DNA from: Antechinus flavipes
Taxonomy: Eukaryota
Length of the DNA: 64,000 nt
Assembly (NCBI RefSeq): GCF_016432865.1
Contig: NC_067399.1
Coordinates: 124,496,001 to 124,560,000 of the forward strand
Direction: 5' to 3'
Shown here: in pieces, positions 1-11,290 of the stretch
Position numbering within the stretch: the stretch's first letter is position 1
Layout of the letters: every line of letters starts with the position of its first letter
Notes under the pieces: model-generated
What the model was told of the DNA's origin: nothing
Seen by the model: only the letters and a program-made list of their open reading frames with translations
Databases searched by the model: none
Program-made: the position numbers and the translations under genes

Positions 1-49
1 ATAGAGTCCTGGAAAATCAGGCTTTGATAAAAATCTATTGGGATTTAAA

Positions 50-460
50 TAGAATGACTTGATCTTGCCTTAAAGGAAACTGCTCTAGCTCTCATAGATT
101 GGTCAATAATAGGTCCCAGACTAAGCCTCTTTGTTTGGTTCATAGTGACTATAAATATTTCTGTTCTGATTAGAAACCTGGTATCTTTCCCTTCATTTCT
201 TACCTAGCCTTAAATCACTAACTAGGTATTGCCTTAGACAAACTGACATCTGGAAAAGACTTTAGCTTTAAAAACCCAGGGTCTTCCCCTGCATCTGTAG
301 TCATCTTCAATTGTCCTGATCTGTATCCTGTCACTAAAGTCTGATGAGAAAAAACTGAGGCTGATGACTTTGCACAGGTTTGCCTCACTTAAATCCAATT
401 CACTTTAACGTCAAGACATCAACTTCCTGTTGCCATTTGTACATTCTGAAGGACAAACAA
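50..460 (+). mobile_element. Marsupial RTE-related SINE (RTESINE/Mar3-like), 3' part
   Basis: Recalled family motifs 'gaggctgatgactttgcacag..cctcacttaaatccaattcact' and tail 'gaaggacaaacaa' ending at 460; the same motifs recur at 19060-19600 (minus) and 58040-58155. Confidence 0.7.
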
Positions 461-829
461 TAGCCATCAGTGTTTCAAGAAGCTATAATTTCTATCAGGT
501 GAGTCCTTTCTCTACCTGCAACATATTTTATTCTCTCTACAACTCAGTAGACATTTTTCAAGAATTGCTAGAACAGAAGAAAATTTGTCACCCTGACAGC
601 AGCATGGTAATGAACATTTCCAAACTTAGCAGGTCTGATGTTAAGACAAGATACACGTAGTACATGAGAAAATATGTATTTAGAATCTTTTCCACTCAGT
701 AGAATTTTCCAAAATTTAAACTCCCACTGGGATAGTCTTGGAAAAAGCTTAGAGGTGTTTACCTCTGTGCCAATATGACACAAAAGAATAGGACTTAAAA
801 AAATATGCAATTCTAGGTGAAACAGTGGA

Positions 830-1030
830 TTATGAAATATGGAGTCCAGAAGAACTGAGTTAAAATCTTATCAGACACTTAGCAGCTACATGATCCTAGA
901 TTAACCAATTAGACTCAGTTTCCTAATAAACAAAATGAAATAATAGTAGCATCTATTTCACGGCTTTTGTGAGGACCAAATAATTTAACAAAAGTAAAGC
1001 TTTTGCAAACCTTGAATCATAAATAAATGC
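830..1030 (+). mobile_element. MIR/CORE-type SINE remnant
   Basis: 'ggagtccagaagaactgagttaaaatc..cagacacttagcagct..tgatcct..ctcagtttcct..aaaatga..ttgtgagga' CORE-SINE pattern. Many similar MIR fragments occur across the window and are not all listed. Confidence 0.65.
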
Positions 1031-2640
1031 TAACATTTATTATTTATTTTAAAATTTAAGCATTTCACTTCATAAAAGATTTCAATTGAGATTGCCCAAT
1101 TTCTCCTATTAGCAATTTGCATTGGAGGTGCTATATTCATCAAAGAAAAAACCAATGCCTGTTTCTGTACCTTGTATCTTTGGGGAAAAAATGGATTTTG
1201 CTTGTAAATTTATGTGTGTGGAACAGTTTAGAAATAGCAAAGGCTTCTGTGCATCTTTCTGAATGCATTTTAAGTGGCACAAAGTCCAGGAGATCTGGAG
1301 GAAAGAAAGAATTGGACAATATCTCAACCATTAGTATAGAACAATGAAGGTTTCTGGAGCATGTGTTTTGAAAAACAAGTTAGCTAAGCTAGCTCCTAAA
1401 TTGAAAATTAAAGTGTGATAGAAGAATAAATTCTTAGAGAAAATTGTAAAGAACTTTAGAGATCATTTGTTCTGGTCCCCTAACTTCATAGATGAGGAAA
1501 ATGAGATAAGAAATCAATCGATTGATTTATGAGATCTGGAACTAGAACTCTTGATTCCTAGCCAAGTATGCTATCTACCACACCTTACAAAGTATAATAC
1601 AATTCCTTATGCATTTCTCTTGGGAAAAAAAACATATGTGAACAAGAGGATTTTGTGTTCACTTCACCCAGAGGTAGCTTAGAAATGGAGATGGCAATTA
1701 TCAAGGAAATTGGGATTGATCCAGCACTATATGGCTGTGGCTCTCTGGTTGATAAACAAGTGTGCAGATGTAGCCCTGGCATTCCTGTGAAGTTCATCCC
1801 TTGTTTTCAGTTCCAAAGTGAAAGCTCTGCTAATCAGTCCCATTGAATATGCTAGAAGGGGAGGCATTTGAAAATTGTCTGTGATTGATTGCACATGACC
1901 CAACCTGGTAATTATTCTCCTCAGCGTTCTGGGCTTTAAGTAGCATCCTCAAAAATGTAGTAAATTGAATATGGAAATTTCAAAGGCTGCTTCAATAGTT
2001 TTCAGGATGGGAAATTTGAGACACCATGCTATTGACATGGAAAGAATGTCCCGGTGATGAGCCTGGTTCATTCAAATTAAATTACGTTACTGTGAGGCAA
2101 TATGAACATAAAGCCAAAGTTTTCCAAAGTTCTTTCTCCAAGAAGACTTTTACAGCTTGGTTCAGTTTCATGCCTTCTTACTATCAATGGTGTTGTTAGG
2201 GCTTTGTCATCTGGTGGTTTAACAACCTGTCAGATGCTGATCAAGACCTTTACCACCCAGCAGTATTTTATCCACTATTATGAGAAACTTGTCAAACATA
2301 TCAAAGGATCAAAGAAAAATAAATGTAATTCCCACAGATAAATTTTATCCAGGATTTTCTCTTGTTCCCATTCCCACAAAGTTCCCACTCTTGTCAATGA
2401 AAAGTTAAGAATGTTAATGGAAATTTGTGGGTCCAGAGATACTGTTATATATCAAATGACAGGATTTCTTCCAGAATCTTATGCAGAAAATTTCTGCTCA
2501 GAAGATGATGAAAGAAAAAATGGAACACATAAAGGGTACAGAATGGTAAAAGGTTCCATTGACATATGAATAAAGTTATTTATCATAGAATTGTAAGATC
2601 ATGAATTTCAAAATCAGAAAGAACCTCAGAGATCATCTAG

Positions 2641-2832
2641 CAGGGGTCCTCAAACTATGGCCTGCGGGCCAGATGCAGCAGCTGAGGATGTTTATCCCCC
2701 TCACCCAGGGCTATGAAGTTTCTTTATTTAAAGGCCCACAAAACAAAGTTTTTATTTTTACTATAGTCCAGCCTTCCAACAGTTTGAGAGACAGTGAACT
2801 GGCCCCCTATTTTAAAAGTTTGAGTATCCCTG
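2641..2832 (+). mobile_element. Non-autonomous hAT DNA transposon (OC1/OposCharlie-type MITE, 192 bp)
   Basis: TIRs CAGGGGTCCTCAAACT (2641-2656) and AGTTTGAGTATCCCTG (2817-2832, 14/16 match); 8-bp flanks tcatctag / aattctag share TCTAG (degraded hAT TSD). Confidence 0.85.
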
Positions 2833-2864
2833 AATTCTAGACCAATTCAAGTCCAAGAAGAACA

Positions 2865-3115
2865 GCTAATTGGTGCAGTGAATAAAGTACCTGCTGGGAC
2901 TGGTGTCAAGAAGACTCAATTTTCTGAGTTTTAATCTGGCTTCAGACACTAGCTATGTGATACTGGACAAGTCATTTAGCCCTGTTTATCTTATTTCCTC
3001 ATCTATAAAATGAGCTAGAGAAGGAAATAGAAAACCATTTCAGTATCTCTACCCAGTATCACCCAGACAATTACAAAGACTTAACAATGACTGAAAATGG
3101 CTAAACCACAAAGCC
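2865..3115 (+). mobile_element. MAR1 SINE
   Basis: CORE 5' part 'ggtgcagtgaataaagtacc..tcaagaagactc..ttcagacactagctatgtga' plus MAR1 tail 'gagctagagaaggaaatagaaaaccatttcagtatctct..gacttaacaatgactgaaaa'. Confidence 0.8.
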
Positions 3116-3607
3116 CAAGAAGAAGAATAAAAATCATATTACTATTAACAGTTCTTTCATAATGGCCCTATGCAATGGGTAGTATAAATATTATCACTCC
3201 CATTTTGCAGTTGAAAAAATGAATCAGATGATGTGTGCAAAGATTATTGATTAGGAATCAGAGTACCTTGTTTTGAACCCTTCTTCACTTTCTCTTTACT
3301 TGAATGATAAGGAAAGTCAATTATATTCTCTGAGCTTCAATTTCATCAGTTGTAAAAATAAGAGTTAAAAAATAAGTTTTTTGGACCTCAAAAGCCCAAA
3401 TCCAATTTGAAATCATATGACTACCACAGGATTACCTGACTAATAAATGTCTGAGAAAATATTTAAGGTCACATCTCTTGACTGGGGTCCCACATTCTAT
3501 TTTCTCTATTATGACTTAGATTGTTAGCTTCTTCAGGAAAGAGACTCTTTGTGCTCTTCTTTGTACTTCCAACAACTTAGCACAATGTCAGACATAAACC
3601 AAGGTCT

Positions 3608-3815
3608 TTGTTGTTCAATCATGTCCTAATCTTTGGGGTTTTCTAGGCAGAAATATTGAAGTGGCTTGCCCATTTCCTTCTCCAATTGGTTTTTGAGATG
3701 AGAAAGTAAAATAAACAAGATTAAGTGATTTACCCAGGATCACATAGCTATTAAATGTCTGAGTTCACATTTGAACTTATGAAGATGAAGTACCTAACAT
3801 ATATGTTAACTTCCT
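3608..3815 (-). mobile_element. MAR1 SINE
   Basis: 'ttgttgttcaatcatgtcc..tttggggttttctaggcag..gtggcttgcccatttccttctcca..ttaagtgatttacccaggatcacatagcta' is the reverse MAR1 pattern. Confidence 0.8.
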
Positions 3816-3829
3816 GACTTTCAGGAATT

Positions 3830-4210
3830 CTTTCTGTAGTATCCCAAGAAAATTATCTCAATTTTTATTTAAAGACTTCCAGAGACAGAATTCCCTACTC
3901 ATCTGAGACCATATCTTCTTTTGGACAGCTCCAAGGCTTTGGAAACTTTTCACATTTAGAGATTTACTTCTTTGTAATTTCTTCCTCATTGGTTTTAATT
4001 CTACTCTCTGGAGCCAATTTTAAAAAATTAATCACTTTTTCAGATAACAAACTTTACAATATTTGAAGACAGCTGATACATCTCACTTATGTTATCCTTT
4101 CTCTATACTAAATGATCATGCTAAGTTTGTTCAACTATTTTTTTCATGGCATTGTTTAGAGACTTCATTATCCTGGAACATGAAAACTTGCCAATGTCCT
4201 TTCTAAAACT
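3830..4210 (-). mobile_element. L3/CR1 LINE 3' fragment (ancient)
   Basis: 'tttaaagacttccagagacagaattccctac..cttttggacagctc..atatttgaagacagctgat' resembles the reverse CR1/L3 3' region; highly degraded. Confidence 0.55.
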
Positions 4211-4887
4211 TATATTTCCATGATTACTACTACTAATTATTATTATTATTTGTGTTTAGAGAGAGCTTTAAAATATATAATGCCATATAAATATATATAT
4301 GTATACATACATATGCATGCATATGAATATATAACAATTCTGTGATGTGGGTACTGTTATTATTCCCATTTTACAGATGAGCAAAGTAAGATTTAAAATA
4401 GGTTGGTTACTTGTCCAGAGCTACACAACTAAAAAGTGTCAAAGGCAGAATTTAGACTTTGGTTTTTCTTACTTTAAGGCCATTTCTCTCTGTACTGTTC
4501 TGTCAATATGTTGATATGTTGAATATAACATTCTAAAAATACTCTCAATGGAACAAGACAGGCATAACATATTTGTAAAACAAGCACAGCATATTAAAAG
4601 CAAAATTGCAGAGTGATGCTGGACAAAAGTATATAAAAATCTAACTTTTGGCTTCCTGCTAATTGATTGAACACAGCCAAAAGAGCACTGGAACTGTCAA
4701 AATGTATTATATGCATGAGGAACTGTCTATCTCCATTTCATTAATTTCCTACTAAACTCTTTCCTCATCAGAATTCTCTAATTCTAAGAAGAACTTGGGG
4801 GTCATAGTAGAACCCAACCAAAACTGACTACAGTTGCTTTTAATACTATCACAAATATTTCTAGATTTTTAGCATTATTGACATTAT

Positions 4888-5330
4888 TCTTTTTTATTAA
4901 AGCTTTTTATTTACAAAACATATGCATGGGTAGTCCTGGATGTTAGCATGGTTGTTACAATATTCCATAATATTCATATATCATAATTTATACAACCATT
5001 CTCCAATTGATAGGTATTCACTCAATTTCCAGTTTCTAGCCACTACAAAAAGGGCTTCCACAAACATTTTTTCACATGTGAGTCCCTTTCCCTCCTTTAA
5101 AATCTCTTTGGATATAAGCCCAGTAGAAACACTTCTGGGGTAAAGAGTATGCTCAGTTTGATAACTTTTTGAGCATAGTTCCAGATTGCTCTCCAGAATG
5201 GTTGGATCCATTCACAGTTTCACCAACACTGTGTCAGTGTCCCAGTTTTCCCACATCTCCTCCAACATTCATTATCTTTTCTTGTCATTTTATCCATCTG
5301 AGAGGTGTATAGTGGTATCTTAGAGATGTA
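4888..5330 (-). mobile_element. L1 3' fragment with internal deletion of most of the 3' UTR
   Basis: ORF 4981..5211 encodes L1 ORF2 C-terminal sequence (LYPRSVSTGLISKEILKEGKGLTCEKMFVEALFVVARNWKLSEYLSIGEWL); poly(A)-proximal 'ttttttattaaagctttttatttacaaaacatatgcatgggta' lies only ~40-80 bp away. Confidence 0.85.
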
Positions 5331-7202
5331 TTGACACTATTCTTATGGAATTGTACCACAAGTATTATACTTTGCTTTGATTGGTTGTAACTTCCTTGAA
5401 AAATCTGGCATCAGTGGAAAACTACCCATGGTAGCCTCTAGAGATCTCTTTTCTTTCTTAATCAACAAAATTATTTGAAATTTCATTATCAGAATTTCAT
5501 TCTTAAAAGCATTATATTCATTGTGAACTATATTACACTTTTAAATGCCAGGTAATAGGATGGCACCCATATTTTCTCTGAATTTTAAAAACCATTTTCC
5601 CTAAAACCAAGGGTACACATTTGAGAATGCCAAGAGTTTGTCAACTTATCTATCATGAAGTTTAAAATATTTTCTTTTGATATTTCTGTCATTTTTGCTT
5701 CACTGACAAGATTTATTGTGTTTACTAGAATCAGGTTCAGAAATTGCTCTTTTTTGTTTTCTTTATACCATGTGAAATTATTAGTGACCCGAGTCCATTT
5801 ATCAGATGCTTGACTTTTCTCAGAAAGAGACATTCAGAAGGCATAGACTATAGGTTAAGGAGAAGCTGCAGTGAAAAATACATTGGGCTTATAATCAGAA
5901 GATCTAAGCCCAATCACTGCTTTTTAATTTACTAGTTGTACGGCTTTGTATAAAATACTTCTCTTCTTCATATTGGTTTCCTCCTACATAAAATGAAACT
6001 AAGCAAGATCTTGCAGAACTGCTTTGAGGATTAAATGAGATAATCTATTTGAAGCTCTTTGTAAACTCTAAAATGCTGCTATTTTAATGGCAATGCTGTC
6101 TATGACAATGATTTCTGGAGGTAGTGTCCCTGCTCACAAATCAATTCTGTCATTAGGGGTACATTTTTCAGATACTCATCATGCATTTTCTCCATCTGAT
6201 AAAGAAATTTATAAAATGTACCAACAGATATTCCATCAATTTTTCTCTACTTTTTAAAAGTAACCTATTTTAGTGATAAATCTTTACTATTTTAATGTCC
6301 TTATCACAAAATATCATTTTAATTATATAAAATACCCTTACTATATTAACTCCTGTAGTTAATGACTGAGTCTATCAATTCCCTTTCATTCAAATATTCT
6401 GCTAGGTGTTTGTGTCTATAATTATTGCATTTGCCTAATAGTTTTAGTTCATCATAGTTTCTCCAATCCATGTGGATCAACATAGCTTGAGCAGGAGATT
6501 CACCTTATTTCTGTCCAATTATAATGTGTTTTTTCCCACAGAAAATTCTCATACACAGGAGTTTCTCCTGTCCCTTGTTGGTCAGCCTTCACTACCAACT
6601 CCTCAATCCAGCCTGATTATTTAATTCATTCAACAGCATAAGCCATCTGTCAAAGAATGTGATTCTATCCATGCCCTACTATCTACATAGATGAAACAAG
6701 TGAAAGAGAGAATCATGAGGCATTTTACAAAGCATAAACAAAGTGGTTATTTGAAAATGATTAAAATTCTCAGGACAAACAAAATTTCAAAAGAGCACTG
6801 AAAATATTTTGAAGAAGACTGTCTGAAGCAGATGTTTACATAATGTAACAAGAGAAATGCTCATGAAAAGTTACATATGATTCAAATTTTTGTCAAAGAA
6901 AGTATATGTTAGCTCATAATTTAAAGAAATCATAAAATGGATACTTCAAAAAAGTAAAGAATCCTTTGGCAAAGTGAGCAAATACACTCTAATCTACCCA
7001 TTTTATATTTAGATTTTCATGCATAAAACCTTCTTTTGGTGTAATTTACTGTCAAAAGTACCCAAAGTACTTTAAAATGATGACGTGATTTGTTGTTATC
7101 ATTCTTAAAATGGTAAATTAAAAACATAAATAACTGAACTATATAGATATACATGTCTATCTATCTGTAAATAGATATAGATATAGATATGGATATAGAC
7201 AT

Positions 7203-8922
7203 AAATCCTATACCCAAAACCTGGTGCTACAGGGTTCTCTCCTCATTGGTGGAAATGAATGATTTGCCCTGGGTGAAGAATAGGATGTGGTGAGACTGTG
7301 AGAGCTCAAGCTTTCTTTAGTCTTTTTCAGAACTCTTCAACCTTAACACTGCTTCAGTTTCTTCTGACTCACAGCTTTGAAAGGAAAAATGGAAGCAGTC
7401 ATCCCCTTTTAGGCTGCTGAAAGCAGAGTCCAGAAAAAAAGTGTGTGTGTGTGTGTGTGTGTGTGCTTTCTCTGATTTCTGTTTTGCTATCAATTTGGAT
7501 GAATATATTTTCTTTGTTATTTACTATGTGTGTTCATTATGGACCTGGTATTTGGAAGTATGGAAGTCAACTGTTGTATAAAAAAATCTAGGGTTCTCTT
7601 TACCTCTAATAATAACACCATGTTCAGAAATTAGATTAAATTTAATTATATTTTCCTAGATTAATAACATTTAGGAAAGAAGGCAGATATAATTCTAGCA
7701 CAGCACCTTCTCACTCTAAGGAGAGCAGCGGTAACCTCTGGCCCCAAGTTCCTGCTTTCTCTCCAGAAAGAAATTAAATTTAGCTTCCCTTAAAGTAGGA
7801 GAGAGAAGAAGCTAGAGATATCAGTTCTGCCCTCCTTTGAAACACACAATACTCTCATATTATATGTTTTCACAACATATTGACACATATTGAGCCTCAT
7901 TATATATGTAGCATCATGTTTAGATGGACATGTTTAGATGGGTCCATCCAAGAACGTTGAGGAATATATCATGACCTATATATGTGATTGTAAAATAGAA
8001 GCAGAACTGAGAATAAAACTGAATCCTCTTGACAAGCAGATTTTGGCGCATTGTAAGGAGGGAAATTCAACTACAGGTATTGAGAATAGAATGGAATTTC
8101 TTGAAAAATGATGAGAACCCTAATAAGGAAAAACTAAATAAGACCTTTTCAGGGACTTTAAAATGAGAATCCCTGTATTAGAGTGAACTAGATTAATACC
8201 ATTTCAACAAAAGATACCATTTCACCCATTTCAACAAAGATACCATTGGGGAATTATAGATAGGAAAGCATTGGAAAATTTGGTAATATTTTTCAAATGG
8301 ATGGGAGGTCAATAGCTAACAGAGAAAGACAAGCATTTCAGACATGGAGTACAGGCAGAGAAAAGATAACCACTAGACCTGAGAGACAGAATACCTTATT
8401 TATGTAATTGACAAGAGTCCAGTGTCACCAAATTGAACAGTAAGTATCAAAAGTGGATAATAGTAAAAAGAATTAAGTAACAAATTATGTAACACTTTAA
8501 GATTTGCAAAACACTTTATAAATTTTATCTCATTTTCCCTTCAAAAATAACCCTAGGAATATGTTATAATTATCCCCAATTCATAGGTAAAGCTAATGAG
8601 GCAATCAAAAGTTAAGGAATTTGCCTAAAGTCACACAGATAATGTCTAAGACCAGATCTGAATTCAATTCTTCCTGATCCCAGATTTAACCCTAAACCAT
8701 CTAGTTTCATATCATTCTGGTGTAGTAATAAGAGAATAAGTGACATCTATTTTTGTTGACTAAATTCAATTTTATTTTATTTTAAATTTTAAAGTCTCTC
8801 TCTCTCCACCCTCCTCATCAATTGAGAAGGCAAGAAAAACAAGTCATTAAATATAGATAATCATGCAAAATAAGTTCCTACATTAACCACAGTCAAAAAC
8901 AATGAAAGAAAGAGAACAAAAT
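7203..8922. repeat. Tandem duplication, copy 1 (~1.72 kb)
   Basis: Matches 8919-10636 base for base except 7244 C/8960 T, 8048 G/9764 T and (TC)6 vs (TC)5; the junction shares AAAT. Confidence 0.97.
7441..7465. repeat. (GT)12 microsatellite (second copy at 9157-9181)
   Basis: Directly visible; same length in both duplicated copies. Confidence 0.95.
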
Positions 8923-10636
8923 CCTATACCCAAAACCTGGTGCTACAGGGTTCTCTCCTTATTGGTGGAAATGAATGATTTGCCCTGGGTGAAGAATAGG
9001 ATGTGGTGAGACTGTGAGAGCTCAAGCTTTCTTTAGTCTTTTTCAGAACTCTTCAACCTTAACACTGCTTCAGTTTCTTCTGACTCACAGCTTTGAAAGG
9101 AAAAATGGAAGCAGTCATCCCCTTTTAGGCTGCTGAAAGCAGAGTCCAGAAAAAAAGTGTGTGTGTGTGTGTGTGTGTGTGCTTTCTCTGATTTCTGTTT
9201 TGCTATCAATTTGGATGAATATATTTTCTTTGTTATTTACTATGTGTGTTCATTATGGACCTGGTATTTGGAAGTATGGAAGTCAACTGTTGTATAAAAA
9301 AATCTAGGGTTCTCTTTACCTCTAATAATAACACCATGTTCAGAAATTAGATTAAATTTAATTATATTTTCCTAGATTAATAACATTTAGGAAAGAAGGC
9401 AGATATAATTCTAGCACAGCACCTTCTCACTCTAAGGAGAGCAGCGGTAACCTCTGGCCCCAAGTTCCTGCTTTCTCTCCAGAAAGAAATTAAATTTAGC
9501 TTCCCTTAAAGTAGGAGAGAGAAGAAGCTAGAGATATCAGTTCTGCCCTCCTTTGAAACACACAATACTCTCATATTATATGTTTTCACAACATATTGAC
9601 ACATATTGAGCCTCATTATATATGTAGCATCATGTTTAGATGGACATGTTTAGATGGGTCCATCCAAGAACGTTGAGGAATATATCATGACCTATATATG
9701 TGATTGTAAAATAGAAGCAGAACTGAGAATAAAACTGAATCCTCTTGACAAGCAGATTTTGGCTCATTGTAAGGAGGGAAATTCAACTACAGGTATTGAG
9801 AATAGAATGGAATTTCTTGAAAAATGATGAGAACCCTAATAAGGAAAAACTAAATAAGACCTTTTCAGGGACTTTAAAATGAGAATCCCTGTATTAGAGT
9901 GAACTAGATTAATACCATTTCAACAAAAGATACCATTTCACCCATTTCAACAAAGATACCATTGGGGAATTATAGATAGGAAAGCATTGGAAAATTTGGT
10001 AATATTTTTCAAATGGATGGGAGGTCAATAGCTAACAGAGAAAGACAAGCATTTCAGACATGGAGTACAGGCAGAGAAAAGATAACCACTAGACCTGAGA
10101 GACAGAATACCTTATTTATGTAATTGACAAGAGTCCAGTGTCACCAAATTGAACAGTAAGTATCAAAAGTGGATAATAGTAAAAAGAATTAAGTAACAAA
10201 TTATGTAACACTTTAAGATTTGCAAAACACTTTATAAATTTTATCTCATTTTCCCTTCAAAAATAACCCTAGGAATATGTTATAATTATCCCCAATTCAT
10301 AGGTAAAGCTAATGAGGCAATCAAAAGTTAAGGAATTTGCCTAAAGTCACACAGATAATGTCTAAGACCAGATCTGAATTCAATTCTTCCTGATCCCAGA
10401 TTTAACCCTAAACCATCTAGTTTCATATCATTCTGGTGTAGTAATAAGAGAATAAGTGACATCTATTTTTGTTGACTAAATTCAATTTTATTTTATTTTA
10501 AATTTTAAAGTCTCTCTCTCCACCCTCCTCATCAATTGAGAAGGCAAGAAAAACAAGTCATTAAATATAGATAATCATGCAAAATAAGTTCCTACATTAA
10601 CCACAGTCAAAAACAATGAAAGAAAGAGAACAAAAT
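8919..10636. repeat. Tandem duplication, copy 2
   Basis: Direct repeat of 7203-8922 at offset 1716 (1714 after the TC indel). Confidence 0.97.
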
Positions 10637-11290
10637 ATGATTCAATCTGTACTCTGAGGCCATTAGCTTTCTTATCTGGAGGTGGATAGCAGGTTTCATT
10701 GTTAGTCCATTGGAATTGGAGTGATCATGATATTGACCAGAGTTCTTAAGTATTTGAAAGTTGTTTATCTTTATAATATTGCTGTAATATACATTCTTCA
10801 CATTTTGTTCATTTCACTTTATATCAGTTCATGCAAATCTTCCCAGGTTTTTCTGAAACCATTCTTTTCACCCTTCATTATAATTGTGTTTCATCACATA
10901 CTTAACTTGTTTAATCATTTCTCAATTGATTCTTTTTTCCCAAATCATTGTCCCTGAGAGAGACAGAGACAAAGAGACAGAGACAGAGAGAGACAGAGAG
11001 ACAAAGTGAGAGAGACAAAGAGAGAGAAACAGAGAGAGACAAAGACAGAGACAGGGACACACACAGAGAGAGGGACAGAGAGACAAAGAGAGAGAGAGAG
11101 ACAGAGAGAGACAGAAAGAGAGACTACAAATATTTTTGTACATAAGTCCTTTTCCTCTGATTTCTTTGGGATAGAATTCAATAGTTTTTTTTTTTTAAAT
11201 TTTGGGGGGGTTAGTTATTTTAACCATTCTGATGGGAGTAAAGTGGTTCCTCGCAGTATTTTAATTCATATTTTTCTAATTAGCTTCAGA
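10478..11290 (-). mobile_element. Old L1 3' region (minus), interrupted by a GA-rich tract
   Basis: T-rich tail 'ttttattttattttaaattt', then 'ttcatttcactttatatcagttcatgcaaatcttcccagg..ctgaaacc..acttgtttaatcatttctcaattgat', resuming after the GA tract with 'ttttaaccattctgatgggagtaaagtggttcctc'. Its extreme 3' end is also present in duplication copy 1 (~8765-8922). Confidence 0.7.
10955..11125 (+). repeat. GA-rich low-complexity tract (GAGACA/GAGAGA units)
   Basis: Directly visible purine-rich repeat; source of the spurious RETE/LSLS ORFs. Confidence 0.95.

Noticed and set aside
430-660. 76-aa ORF with an internal CAG|GTGAGT donor at 499
   Set aside because: The upstream part is the tail of an RTE-related SINE; no good acceptor and no recognisable protein.
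6380-6660. Possible ancient CR1 endonuclease remnant or exon after a strong acceptor (ttttttcccacag at 6540)
   Set aside because: Similarity too weak to call; downstream frames close quickly and no donor was found.
8198-8247. Small local tandem duplications (ccatttcaacaaaagataccatt x2; also catgtttagatgg x2 at ~7916 and ttctaataga x2 at ~50481)
   Set aside because: Ordinary slippage events with no sign of function.
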